Positions 9,274 to 21,797 are shown, counted from the first letter of the stretch. The stretch: DNA of 38,161 nt from Leucoraja ocellata (GCA_036785375.1 JAWMAR010001182.1:310001-348161); one strand, 5' to 3'. The notes: generated by a model from the sequence alone, not told the origin. Translations and numbers: made by a program.

Positions 9274-10067
9274 CGCGCCTTCTCCGGGAATAAATGGTTC
9301 ACGTGACGAGAGGCTGGAAAGCAGGTCGCCAGACAGATCCTGCAGCCAATCCCGGAGAACCGAGCGGTGACCTCAGGCTGGGCTGTTCGTTTCGGTGCGG
9401 GCGGTGTTCTGGGAATTTTTGAAAATCGATGTGCGAGGAGAGGAAGAGTTTGAGAAGAGGATCGTTACATCTGCTGATTTGTTTGGTGGCCCGGAATCGG
9501 ATGTGAAACATCTGATATGGCCCTGACGTTTCTCTGACGATCAGTGGACCATCTGAACCATTGAGGCAGCTGAACATATGGGGGCAGTAGATAGGATGAA
9601 CGCACAGTCCCCTCTCCAATCGGCATACGTGACAAATAAACTAAACTGAACGGGTGGCGGAGGTGTTTTGTCAGCAGAGGCAGCCGCTCCCCTGTGAAAC
9701 TCCGTAATAATGCAGGAAGGCCAGTGCAAGACACTGTTTGTTTGTTTGTTTGTCTGATGAGAGGCTGGACGGCCGAAGGTAGTGGGAATTGCTGCACCGC
9801 GGCTTATAAGATCGACGAAAGGTCAATGCGAGACCACAGTCGGGCTGGGTACCGGTATCCCTCCGAATGTCAATGAGCCAGTGAAAGGGAACACACAGAT
9901 TGCAAATAATGCAGTCACCTGCAGGGATTGAGAAAACACAGAAACATGGAATATACGTGTAGGTGTAAATCATTCTCCCTTTGACCCAAGATTCAATATG
10001 ATCTTGGCATGTGGGCACAGGAGGTGGGGTAGCTCTGTTGATGAGGGATGGGATGCATCCCTTGCAT

Positions 10068-10615
10068 GTCATGTCAAGTCAAGTCACATTTATTTATGTA
10101 GCACATTTAAAAAATAACTCTCGTTGGTCAAAGTGCTTTATATTTGATATAAGAATAGTATAGACATACAAACTACATACATATATACATATAGCACTGG
10201 CTCAGTGGACGTCAGGAAAGGCTTGGGAGTATAGATAAGATTTTAGTCTTGACTTAAAGGAGTCGATGGAGGGGGCAGTTCTGATGGGAAGGGGGATGCT
10301 GTTCCACAGTCTAGGAGCTGCAACCGCAAAGGCGCGGTCGCCCCTAAGCTAATGCCTAGACCAGGGGATATTCAGCAGCCCCAAGTCGGCCGATCTGAGG
10401 GACCTGAAGGTGTAGTGGTGGATGAGAAGACTTTTAATGTAGGAGGGGGCAAGCCCATCGAGGGCTTTGTAGACATAGAGGAGGGTCTTGAAATGTATGC
10501 GGGAGCCAGTGGAGAGAGGCTAGGATCGGGGTGATGTGGTCCCCTTTTCGGGTGCCCGTCAGGAGTCTCGCTGCGGCGTTTTGGACCAGTTGCAGGCGGG
10601 ACAGGGAAGATTGGC
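10068..10615 (-). mobile_element. L2-clade LINE 3' fragment (copy at ~27228-27775)
   Basis: Minus-strand GTRKGDHITPILASLHWLP motif, with a (CTTGA)n tail and aagcactttg...tgctacataaat. Confidence 0.8.
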
Positions 10616-10919
10616 TGATGCAAGGGTTGACAGAACCACGGACGATGTAAATTCGCTGTGGATAGAATTGAGGAATTGAAAAGGTAAGTCGGCAAGGGGA
10701 GTTATCTGCAGGCGCCGAAACAGTAGCCTGGATAAAGGGTGCAAGTTGCAGCGGGAGTTAAAATTGAGATGTAACAAATGTAATGCCACTGTTGTTACGG
10801 AAGATTTCAAAAATGCTGGTAGACTGGGAAAATCAGATTGATTCTGGAACCCAAGAAAGGCAGTTTGAGATGCCTCCGAGATGGATTATTCTCAGAGGCA
10901 TCAGGGAAATCCTGATCGA

Positions 10920-12783
10920 CTAATCTTCTGGAATATTTTGAGAATGTGACAAGTAAAATTGACGAAGGAGGTCCCTGTCATAAATGGCAGGCAGTGGCGA
11001 GTGGAGTGCCGTAAGGCTCGGTGAAGGGGCCACAACTATTCACAATATATATTAACGATTTAGATGATGGAATTCAAAGGAACACGAACAAATTTGCAGA
11101 TTACACCAAGCTGGGTGGCATTGTGAACTGCGAAGAGGAGGCTAGGTGGTTGCAGGGTGACCTGGACAGGTTGATTGAGTGGGCAGATTCATGGCAGATG
11201 CGGTATAATGTCGGTAAATGTGAGGTTATCCACTTTGACGGCAAGAACGTGGAAGCAGATTACTGTCACAATGGTGTCAGACTGGGTAATAGGGATGTGC
11301 AACGAGACCTGGGTGTCCTTGTACACCAGTCACTGAAAGTAAACATTCAGGTACACCTGGTAGTGAAGAAAATTAAGTTGGCCTTCATTACGAGAGGATT
11401 TGAGTAAAGCAAGGCAAGGCAACTTTATTTATATAGTACATTTCATACACGAGGCAGACTCAAAGTGCTTCACATAAAAAACATGTCAGACAATAATACG
11501 AAATAATAAAATGAAATAAAATAAAATAATTAAAATAAAATAAAAGAAAAGTGCATTATAAAAAAGTGCAAAAGTTAAGTGCAATGTAGTTAAGATTTAG
11601 CTGAAAGCTAAAGTAAACATTAAATGTTTTCAGTCTTGTTTTAAAAGTGGTTAAAGTTGAGGCAAGTCTTAAATCTTCAGGAAGTTTATTCCAGCTATTT
11701 GTTGCATAGTAACTAAATCCTGCTTTCCCATGTTTTGTATTTACTCTGGGAATGACTAACAGATTGGTCTCAGAAGATCTTAGCGGTCTAGAAGGCTTAT
11801 ATAGTGGAAGCATGTCAGTGATATACTTTTGCCCTAATCCGTGTAGTAATTTATAGGTGAGCAGCGGGATTTTGAAATCAATTCTCTGACATACAGGGAG
11901 CCAATGTAAGGATTTAAGAATTGGTGTAATGTGTTCAAATGTTTTTGTCTTTGTTAGAACTCTAGCAACAGCGATCTGAACAAGCTGTAGCTGCCTGACA
12001 GCTTTTTCGGAAGACCTGCAAGGAGACCGTTACAATAATCTAGCCTACTAGTAATAAAGGCATGTACAAGTTTTTCTAAGTCTTGAGCTGACATGAGTCC
12101 TCTTAGTCTTGCTACGTTTTTGAGGTGATAGTAGGCCGATTTTGTTACTGATTTGATGTGACTGTCGAAATGTAAATCTGAATCCATAATAACCCCAAGA
12201 TTTCTGGCATTGTTTGAAGTTTGTTTCTGGCTTTGTTTGAGTATACGAGTAGATGTCCTTCTGCGGTCGTACAGGGCCTTGGTGAGACAACATCTGGATG
12301 TGCATTTTTGGTCTCCTAAATTGGGGAACGACATCCTTGCTATGGAGGGAGTACAGCGAAGGTTCACCAGGTTACTCCCCGGTATGGCGGGACTGTTATA
12401 TGGGGAAAGGTGGGAAAGACCTGGATTGTATTCACTGGAATTTAGAAGGATGAGAGGAGATCTTGCAGAAACAGAAACAAGTATAAAAGGACTGGTCAAG
12501 CTAAATGCAGGAACGATGTTCCAAATGCTGGCGGGGTCCAGAACCAGAATGCACAGAACTAAGAGTAAAGGGGAGATCATTTAAAACTGAGAGTTGTGAA
12601 TTTGTGAAAATCTCTATCACAGAAGGCAATGGAGCCAATTCACTGGATGAAGTTAAAAGAGAGCTAGGTAGAGCTCTTGGGGCTGGGGGAATCAAGAGGA
12701 ACGGGGAGAAGGCAGGCACGTGTTACTGATAGTGGATGAGCAGCCATGATCAATATGCATGGCGGTGCTGCCTCGAAGGGCCA
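10920..12783 (+). mobile_element. CR1 LINE RT/3' fragment interrupted by an L2 insertion (copy at ~28070-31310)
   Basis: GPQLFTIYINDLD...KFADYTKLGG...QRDLGVLV, resuming at 12244 with MEGVQRRFTRL. Confidence 0.85.
11407..12235 (-). mobile_element. L2 LINE 3' fragment with 8-bp target-site duplication (copy at 29936-30764)
   Basis: ARNLGVIMDSDLHF...LVHAFITSRLDYCN; TSD TTTGAGTA at 11399-11406 and 12236-12243. Confidence 0.88.
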
Positions 12784-13435
12784 CATAACCATATAACCAT
12801 ATAACCATATAACAATTACAGCACGGAAACAGGCCATCTCGACCCTTCTAGTCCGTACCGAACCTGCGCTCAGAGCATAACCCTCCATTCCTTTCCCTCA
12901 ACTGTGGCAGAGAATTCCACAGATTCACCACTCTCTGTGTGAAAAATGTTTTTCTAATTTCGGTCCTAATAGAATTCCCCCTTATCCTTAAACTGTGATC
13001 TGGACCTCCCCAACATCGGGAACGATCATCCTGTATCTAGCCTGTCCAACCCCTTAAGCATTTTGTAAGTTTCTATAAGATCCCCCCTCAATCTTCTAAA
13101 TTGTTCCTATGTTTCTGAATGGCCGCCGATTGTTCGTAAACTGGGACCTCTGTTTCTGGACTCTCTCAATATCCGGAACATTTTTCCTGCATCTAGCCGG
13201 TCCAATATTCTTGCTCTTGTAGGAATGCAGCGTAGGTTCACGTGGTTAATTTCTAGGTTGTCATATGCTGAGATAATGGTGCGGCTGGGTTTGTATAATC
13301 TGTAATTCAGAAGAATGAGAGGGGATCTTATTGAAACATATAAGATTATTAAAGCTCTGGACACGCAAAAGGCATGAGTCATGTTCCCGAAGTTAGGGGA
13401 GTCCAGAACCAGGGGCCACAGTTTAAGAATAAGGT
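12784..13435. mobile_element. Jumbled CR1 3' fragments in both orientations (copy at ~31311-31955)
   Basis: (TAACCATA)n tail, with RGDLIETYKI-type motifs on both strands. Confidence 0.7.
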
Positions 13436-13613
13436 GAATCTGAGTAAAACAGTAGATGTTTGTTCAAAAGTGTGTAAGTAATGTCCACAGGGATGTAATC
13501 TAGTTGCCTGTTTTCCCTTTCTCTAGTTTATAAATATGCCAGATCTTTGTTTGTTTCGCTGACAACCGCTGAGCGGCAGCACAAGGAGTGATCGCCTGGA
13601 CCGTCGCATTAAA

Positions 13614-16053
13614 ATGGATTATGTGGAGATCGCGGATATAGAAAATGTGTATTACCCGATTCTGGCAGTAATCGGTATACCTGGTAGGTAATTGTCGGTA
13701 CATCGCATGGAACTAACAAAGAATGTTTTAAACGCGCAGAATATTAAAGGTTAAGAGAACATACCGAATAACTAGCAGGCGTTAGGGCTGCACGGCGGCG
13801 CAGCGTTAGACCAACTGTCTTACAGCGGATGTCTGTGCGGAGTTGTACCTTGTCCCCGTAACCTTTTAGGTTTTCCACCAGATTTTCGGTTACCTCCCAC
13901 GCTCCATAAAAGTAAAATAAATTGTCCCTGGTGTGTGTCGGCTCGTGTTAGTGTGCGCGGTCGGCGCGGATTACGTTGGCTGTTTCCCTGTTTTCGCGCT
14001 GTATTCCTAAACTAAAATAAACAAAGCAATGTACATCTTAGGAGCGAGGAAGCGCGATGGTGTATGTGATGGATGCCGCTCATTGGCGTTGGCAGGAATG
14101 TAGTTTCGCGGCTTTTAACTGAAATCGATGCCGGTCGGTGAAGCGAAACTTCGTCCTCACTGTGAGTGGCAGTTTCTGTTCCACTGTGCGTACTGCACTC
14201 GGCAGAACGAGAAATACACCCCGTCCAGTAATTTGACACTGCATTTTCTGTATCGCTCTTAAATTCTCATAGGGATAATTTCGCAGAGACAGGTTTGAAG
14301 GTCGTACGTACAACCTGTTCCACAAAATCGCAGTACAGATAAAATAAACTACAAGTGCAGAAATCTTGCAGTGGAACCAAATAACTGGTTAACTCAGCCA
14401 GTCTTGCAGCATCTCTGGAGAACCGACGCTGTCGACGTATCGGGTTGGGATCATTGTTCCGATCAGAGTCTTAAGAAGGGGCTTGAGTTGATACGTCGCC
14501 TATCTATGTCCTCCAGAGACATTGCTTCCGCCACTGTTGTGTTATGTTGTTAGCCTTGTTTGTGAAGGGTGTTTGTAATTATATTTGCTGCGCTTCCCAG
14601 AAATCCTTTCATGTTGGAAAATTAAATGACATATTTGATATTGGGAGGATCCCCTCTTCATTCTGATTTAATAGACGGTAATTTGGATTGTTAATTCCAT
14701 TTTTCAGAGACACTGACTGACCGGTTGAAAATATTGTATATTTTACATCAACGATGGATGTTACATCAACATCAAGCAATTGGCATAATGATGTGAAGAT
14801 TACCACATAAGGCAACCCCGCTAATTTTGGTAAACGGGATTTTATTCATTTGCAGACTAAATCCCTGATTTCTAAAATCGGATTGCCTCTTATACCAATA
14901 TTTTCATCTTTATGTAATTATTTTCTACATAAGGCAATGCCACTAATTTTGGTAATCAGGAATTTAATAAATATCTGATTGAACATAGTTCTGTCAAACG
15001 TTTGACGGGTGACTGTCCCAAATATTGATTAATTAAATAAATAGTCTCTACCACTGGCGACACAGGTTTAAATTACTCCGTCTGCTCCCATGCCACCAAC
15101 CTATACACCACACAATTAATCAGTTCTGTTTTCATTCTTTCCCAGTGAATCTGATGGCGATTGTGCTCCTGTCCCGTGGCAAGTGCGGCCTCTCCAAGTG
15201 CATCACTCGATACATGGTAGCCATGGCGACCGCGGACCTCTCTGTGATTTTCTGCGAGGTGATATGTCACCGGATTGCTGATAATTATTGGTGGCATGCC
15301 TCCTTGTCCTACACTCCTGTGTGCAAAATAACAATCTATCTGGCATCAGTCACGGTGGATTGTTCTGTATGGTTCACAGTCGCGTTCACATTTGATCGCT
15401 TTGTTGCGATTTCTACTAAGAATATGAAGGCCAAATATTGCACCGAGAGAACCGCGTCGATTGTTATTCTGACAGTGACCCCGTTCGTCTGCCTTCTGAA
15501 TACACCTTTGCCCTTCGCATACGTTTCTAGTTCCCCAACTGAACTGAATCTGGGCTGCGGCAAAGACGTTTTTTTTTATATGCTTCCCGAATGGATAGTG
15601 TTCTCTTGGATCGAACAGTTGTTCACCCCGGTGATTCCATTCTGCCTGATTTTGTTGTTTAACGCGCTCACCGTCAGACGTATTTCCGTGGCAAGTCGGG
15701 TCCGCAGGAGCCTCCGAGATCTCAGCGGTGGCGAGAAAAAGAAAGACAAGGAGATGGTGAACCGCAGACGCTCGGTCGTTTTACTTCTGGCAATCTCGAG
15801 CTCCTTCATCCTGCTCTGGGCCACAAGTGTCGCACATTTTATTGTGCTTCGATGTTTTAATTTGTCCTTACGCAGGTCCTGGACAAACCCCCTGTTCGAA
15901 TTTGAAAAGGTTGGATTTATGCTTCAGCTCCTGAGCTCCTGCACCAACACGGCCATTTACACCGTGACACAGCGCAAGTTCAGAGATGAGTTGGTCCGTG
16001 TGCTAACATATCCATTCCGTTGCGCTAAAAATATATGGCAATTGGTAAAGTGA
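13614..16053 (+). CDS. GPR139/GPR142-like class A GPCR, copy 2, intact two-exon gene (exon 1 13614-13683, exon 2 15146-16053; 325 aa)
   Basis: Exon 1 is MDYVEIADIENVYYPILAVIGIP plus G|gtaggt (70 nt, phase 1). Acceptor ttctttcccAG ends at 15145. The join reads ...GIPVNLMAIV... and the 978-nt total is in frame. It has seven hydrophobic segments, TM1 GxPxN, TM2 AxADL, a TM3 Cys and DRF, an ECL2 Cys and TM7 NTAIY. The family assignment is from recalled similarity to the chondrichthyan GPR139-like expansion. Confidence 0.88.
13787..14021 (+). mobile_element. Decayed tRNA-derived SINE in the GPCR intron (copy at ~32310-32545)
   Basis: Head gcacggcggcgcagcgttaga and tail gcgctgtattcctaaactaaa; same family as 4825-5806. 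Confidence 0.6.
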
Positions 16054-16665
16054 TCATTAAAATAATATCACAACAACACGTGAGTGGTTTGATTATCGGA
16101 TTTATGTGAAAATACAAACATTTAGTTTAAACATTAGTTTAAGAAAGTTCTGCAGCTGCTGGAACAATGGAAGGTAGACAAAATGCTGGAGAAACTCAGC
16201 GGGTGAGGCAGCATCGATGGAGCGAAGAAATGGGTGTTGCTTTGCTCAATCGACGCTGCCTCACCCGCTGAGTTTCTCCATCAATCTATTCCGTCGCTCC
16301 ATAGATGGCGGGACTGTCGTATGCTGAGAGAATGGAGCAGCTGGGCTTCCGACATCCGGTGCCCTCCGCTCTACTTTCTGGCGGAAGAAGGGTCCCGACC
16401 AGAAACATCATCCATCCCTTTTCTCCACCGAAGCCACATTACCCGCCGACGCACTGCAGCAGTTTGTCCCATTCTCCGGTGTAAACCAGCATCTTCTGTT
16501 CCTTTCTCCACCACCTCTTATGGCTGCACCTTCCATAAACCCAATTAATGTTTCTGCACCTAGTGGCAACGGACATCCAATTAATGATCAGGTAATTGTA
16601 ACTGGGGACGAAAACAAGTTGGCAAAACAATTTGTACCTACATTTCCCGCCGTAGTTCACAAACT

Positions 16666-16955
16666 GCACAGGTTCCATTTGTTTAAGAAAGAACTGCAGA
16701 TGCTGGATAAATCGAAGGTTGACAAAAATGCTGGAGAAACTCAGCGGGTGAGGCATCAACTATGGAGCGAAGGAACAGGTCACCTTTCGGGTTGAGACCC
16801 TTCTTCAGACTGTTGTTGGGGTGGGGGCGTGGGGGGGGGGGGGGAGGGCTTCGCTCCACAGATGCTGCCTCACCCGCTGTGTTTTTCCAGCATTTTTGTC
16901 ACCCTTCCATTTATCCAGCATCTGCAGTTCTTTCTTAATCAAATGAAACCTGTGC
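16666..16955. repeat. Long inverted repeat (~105-bp arms), Penelope-terminus/MITE-like; copy at 35190-35478
   Basis: gcacaggttccatttgtttaagaaagaactgcagatgctgg... pairs with ...ccagcatctgcagttctttcttaatcaaatgaaacctgtgc. Confidence 0.8.
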
Positions 16956-17024
16956 GTGTTCCTCGTTGATGAATGGTAGAAGAATGGTAGAACATCTGCT
17001 TTATAAAATGTTCAGCAGAGCTGT

Positions 17025-17504
17025 CACCTCCTGAAGTAGGCACGCCTGCACGCTTATGGCGGACACGTTAATGAAATGAAACGACATGTCAGCCACGCTC
17101 ACGGCCAGATAGAGCAAACGGCCTGGCACAATTTCCTGCACCTTCAGGATCACTGGCTGGGAAGTCAGGGTCAACAGGAAGGCCATCCCACTCGAATATG
17201 TGCTGAGGTGGCTCTTCCCATTCCATGATACAGGAGGTTTCATCACTGACAACAGTATGCGCCTCTTGCAGAAAACAGACCGATATACCCCTCTTTGACG
17301 ACTGATAGATGATGACATCTGCGAAGGTCCCGCCTTCCGCCATTAATGGTTAGGCTATCAACTGCGATCTTTATGTTGAAGTCATACTAAGGGTTTTCCC
17401 TCACACTTCGTAGGAGTTGGGCTCTTCACTCATAGGAGCTTCGCAAGGTCCCCAAACTGACGCGTCTCAGACTCGGGAAGGCCACTAACTTTACTGCGAA
17501 GGAT
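17025..17504 (-). mobile_element. Tx1-like LINE fragment (resumes at ~20788-21250 after an L2/CR1 insertion)
   Basis: ORFs 17001-17318 and 17089-17343 carry AP-endonuclease-like motifs in shifting frames. Confidence 0.6.
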
Positions 17505-20500
17505 AATAATAATAATAATAATACATTTTATTTATGGGCGCCTTTCAAGAGTTTCAAGGACACCTTACAAAAATTTAGCAAGTAGAGGAAGAACATGTAA
17601 GGGGAATGAAATAAATAGTAGAGACATGACTAGTACACAAAGTAAAGACAGAATTCAATACAAAACACAATAATAAGGCAAACATAGAAATTAGGTGCAG
17701 GAGTAGGCCATTCGGCCCTTCGAGCCTGCACCGCCAATCAATATGATCATGGCTGATCATCCAACTCAGTATCCCGTACCTGCCTTCTCTCCTTACCCTC
17801 TGATCCCCTTAGCCACAAGGGCCACATCTAACTCCCTCTTAAATATAACCAATGAACTGGGCACGACTACCCTCTGTGGCATAGAGTTCCAGAGATTCAC
17901 CACTCTATGTGTGAAAATATTCTTCTCATCTCGGTTTTAAAGGATTTCCCCCTTATCCTTAAGCTGTGACCCCTTGTCCTGGACTTCCCCAACATCGGGA
18001 GCAATCTTCCTGCATCTACCCTGTCCAACCCCTTAAGAATTTTGTAAGTTTCTCTAAGATCCTCTCTCAATCTCCTAAATTCTAGAGAATATAAACCAAG
18101 TCTATCCAGTCTTTCTTCATTAGACAGTCCTGACATCCCAGGAATGAGACTGGTGAACCTTCTCTGCACTCCCTCTATGGCAATAATGTCCTTCCTCAGA
18201 TTTGGAGACCAAAACTGCACGCAATACTCCAGGTGTGGTCCCACCAAGACCCTGTACAACTGCAGTAGAACCTCCCTGCTCCTATACTCAAATCCTTTTG
18301 CTATGAAAGCTAACCTACCATTCGCTTTCCTCATTGCCTGCTGCACCTGCATGCCTACCTTCAATGACTGGTGTACCATGACACCCAGGTCTCGCTGCAT
18401 CTGCCTTTCCTAGTCGACCACCATTTAGATAATAGTCTGCTTTCCTGTTTTGCCACCAAAATGGATAACCTCACATTTATCAACATTATACTGCATCTGC
18501 CAAACATTTGCCCACTCACCCAGCCTATCCAAGTCACCTTGCAGTCTCCTAGCATCCTCCTCACAGGCTAACATGCCCCCCAGCTTAGTGTCATCCGCAA
18601 ACGTGGAGATAATGCATTCAATTCCCTCATCCAGATCATTAATATTTATTGTAAATAGCTGGGGTCCCAGCACTGAGCCTTGCGGTACCCCACTAGTCAC
18701 TGCCTGCAATTGTGAAAAGGACCCGTTTACTCCTACTCTTTGCTTCCTGTTTGCCAGCCAGCTCTCTATCCACATCAATACTGAACCCCCAATGCCGTGT
18801 ACTTTAAGTTTGTATACTAATCTCTTATGTGGGACCTTGTCGAAAGCCTTCTGGAAGTCCAGATACACCACATCCACTGGTTCTCCCCTATCCACGCTAC
18901 TAGTTACATCCTCGAAAAATTCTATAAGATTCGTCAGACATGATTTTCCTTTCGTAAATCCATGATGACTTTGTCCAATGATTTCACCACTTTCCAAAAT
19001 GTGCAGCTATCCCATCTTTAATAACTGACTCTAGCAGTTTCCCCACTACCGATGTTAGACTAACTGGTCTGTAATTCCCCCTTTTCCCTCTGCCTCCCTT
19101 CTTAAAAAGTGGGGTTACGTTTGCTACCCGCCAATCCTCAGGAACAACTCCAGAATCTAAAGCGTTTTGAAAGATTATTACTAATGCATCCACTATTTCT
19201 GGAGCTACTTCCTTCAGTACTCTGGGATGCAGCCTATCTGGCCCTGGGGATTTATCGGCCTTTAATCCATTCAATTCACCCAACACCACTTCCCGGCTAA
19301 CCTGGATTTCACTCAATTCCTCCAACTCCTTTGACCCGCGGTCCCTGCTATTTCCGGCAAATTATTTATGTCTCCCTTAGTGAAGACGGAACCAAAGTAG
19401 TTATTCAATTGGTCCGCCATATCCTTGTTCCCTATGATCAACTCACCTGTTTTTGACTGCAAGGGACCTTCATTTGTTTTAACTAATCTATTTCTTTTCA
19501 CATATCTATAAAAACGTTTGGAGTCAGTTTTTATGATCCCTGCCAGATTTCTTTCATAATCTATTTTCCTTTCCCAATTAAGCCCGTTGTCCTCCTCTGC
19601 TGGTCTCTGAATTTCTCCCAGTCCTGCGGTATGCTGCTTTTTCTGGCTAATTTGTACGCATCATCCTTCGCTTTGATACTATCCTTGATTTCCGTTGTTA
19701 TCCACGGATGTACTACCTTCCCTGATTTATTCGTTTGCCAAACTGGGATGAACAATTGTTGTAGTTCATCCATGCAGTCTTTAAATGTCTTCCATTGCAT
19801 ATCCACCGTCAACCCTTTTAGAATTAATTGCCGGTCAATCTTGCCCAATTCGCGTCTCAAACACTCAAAGTTACCTTTCTTTAAGTTCAGAACCATTGTT
19901 TCTGAATTAACAATGTCACTCTCCATCCTAATGAAGAACTCAACCATATTATTGTCACTCTTGCCCAAGGCACCCATTATAACTGTTTTGCCTTTGTCGC
20001 ACGCAGTTCTAATTTCCTGTTTGATGCCATCTCCAACTTCACTACTACTGTTAGGTGGCCTGTACACAACACCCACCAGCGTTTTCCGCCCCTTAGTGTT
20101 TCGCAGCTCTACCCATACCGATTCCACATCCTCCAAACTAATGTCCTTCTTTTCCATTGAATTAATCTCCTCGCTAATCAGCAACGCTACCCCACCTCCT
20201 TTTCCATTCTCTCTATCCCTCCTGAATATTGAATATCCCTGGATGTTCAGCTCCCAGCCTTGGTCACCCTGGAGCCATGTCTCCGTGATCCCAACTATAT
20301 CATAGTCATTAATTGCTATCTGCACATTCAACTCATCCACATTGTTACGAATGCTCCTTGCATTGAGACACACAGCCTTCAGGCTTGTTTTTACAACACT
20401 CTTACCCCTTATACAATTATGTTGAAAAGTGGCCCTTTAAGGCACAGATGAAAAGGGAGGGGGACGTGGGGCTAAGGATAGGCAGAGGTGAAGAGATGGG

Positions 20501-20787
20501 TCTTGAGGCGGGACTGGAAGATGGTGAGAGACACGGAATTGCGGATCAGTTGGGGGAGGGAGTTCAAGAGCCTGTGAGCTGCCCTGGAGAAGGCTCTGTC
20601 CCCGAAACTGCGGAGGTTGGACTTGTGGATGGAGAGGAGACCGGCTGATGTGGATCTGAGGGACCATGAAGGTTGAGGGACCCAGTGTCAGCAGATGTGA
20701 GGAGGTCGTTGAGGACTTTGAGGAGAGCAGTTTCTGTGCTATGGAGGGGGCGAAAGCCAGATTGGAAGGGTTCAAGTAGGTTATACG
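17505..20787 (-). mobile_element. L2 LINE fragment inserted in the Tx1 remnant, itself interrupted by a long CR1
   Basis: (TTA)n tail at ~17503-17523; 20564-20794 encodes YNLLEPFQSGFRPLHSTETALLKVLNDLL. The empty site aaggata|gcatcaagtg is seen in unit A. Confidence 0.8.
17681..20437 (-). mobile_element. CR1-clade LINE, most of ORF2 (endonuclease + RT) with frameshifts and internal deletions; TSD TAAGGCA
   Basis: CLNARSIRN...GITETWL...VVYRPP; KSPGPD; YLDFQKAFDKVPH; GVPQGSVLGP; FADD. TSD at 17674-17680 and 20438-20444. Confidence 0.93.
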
Positions 20788-21452
20788 GCATCAAGTGCCC
20801 GGTTAGGTTTCGTCAGGTCCGGCCACTGTTTGCCAGCTGTCTGGACGTGTGCTCCTACTGAACTTGTTTGCTTTCAGAAATTCCCGCATGTGCCAGATAA
20901 CGGCCCCAAAAGACACAGCACTGGAATTCAGGCATTCTGCCAACCCACTGATACGTGAAGCAGCATCTCCCCCCACCCCCCCCCCCCCCCCCTCACTACG
21001 CTCAAGCTCTGAGTACGGAGGGCTGCAGCTGGCTGCTAGCTCGCTCGCTCCACTGCATAAGCTCCAGCATGATCCCACCCCCGGGATCAGTGTCGAGGGA
21101 GGATCCCGATATCTCTGACAGCGATGAGCTGGCCAGTGAATGGCCAGGGTCCTGTACTCTCCCACCGCCTCCTACAACTGTGGAGCAATAGTGGAGCTGA
21201 TTCAGAGAGTCGGGATCCGGTGATTGAACCAATCCTTCTGGAAAAGATCATGCTGACCCATTTCTATTGTGTTCCTATTCCACCCGGCTTGCACCGTGAT
21301 CACGTTTCTGTAAGTTTCAACATAATTTATCTTTGTAATGTTTTCTTTCTTTCCTTCCGTGGCAACGTGTAAACAATCCATACTACACTGAGGTTCTCGG
21401 TTAGCGCCCCAGATGTTCTGCAGGGCTGTGTGCCTGTATTCCGCAACGCTGA

Positions 21453-21491
21453 GGTTTTGGTACAGCTATCTCACTGCGCTGTGCCACTGTG
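21453..21491 (-). other. 23-RSS of supporting V 2
   Basis: CACAGTG(21491-21485)-23-ACCAAAACC(21461-21453). Confidence 0.92.
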
Positions 21492-21797
21492 CGATGCGCG
21501 GACTCATCCCATAGTAATACACAGCCTCGTCGCTCGGCAGAACTTCAGAGAGCGTTAACTGACTGATTTTCTGGACTGGATCGAGAGAACCAGAAATACG
21601 ACCTTCGGCAGCCTCCTCCTCATCTTGCTTTCCTGAAGTGTGTCTTTGGAGCAGGAATTCCAGAGCCTGCCCTGGGAACTGTCGGTACCAGTGTACTGTG
21701 TACGAGCAGAATCCGGAATATACGCAGTTAAGGGTGGCAGTGTCACCAGAAAGAGAGGATTGTTGAGGCGGCCTCTGGGAACCCGCGGAAATAGAAT
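21492..21797 (-). CDS. Supporting TCR-delta V segment (leaderless), cassette 2; open frame but second canonical Cys replaced by Tyr
   Basis: DSISAGSQRPPQQSSLSGDTATLNCVYSGFCSYTVHWYRQFPGQALEFLL...LSEVLPSDEAVYYYGMSPRI. It has an extra CDR1 Cys, YYY instead of YYC, and no hydrophobic leader exon evident upstream. Confidence 0.8.

Larger units (their letters stand above)
980..14940. repeat. Tandem segmental duplication unit A (GPCR exon 2 + NAR-TCR cassette + next GPCR exon 1)
   Basis: Colinear and highly similar to 14941-33463 throughout, apart from unit-specific insertions and deletions. The register is arbitrary. Confidence 0.9.

Noticed and set aside
9296-9310. E-box/CRE half-site (CACGTGACG) upstream of the NAR leader as a promoter element
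   Set aside because: Too short to support; the E-box is not conserved in copy 2 (only TGACG remains).
17897-20373. RT/endonuclease ORFs as a host gene or a prokaryotic RT system (retron, DGR)
   Set aside because: They have typical CR1 LINE motifs, frameshifts, a 3' tail and a TSD in a vertebrate context.
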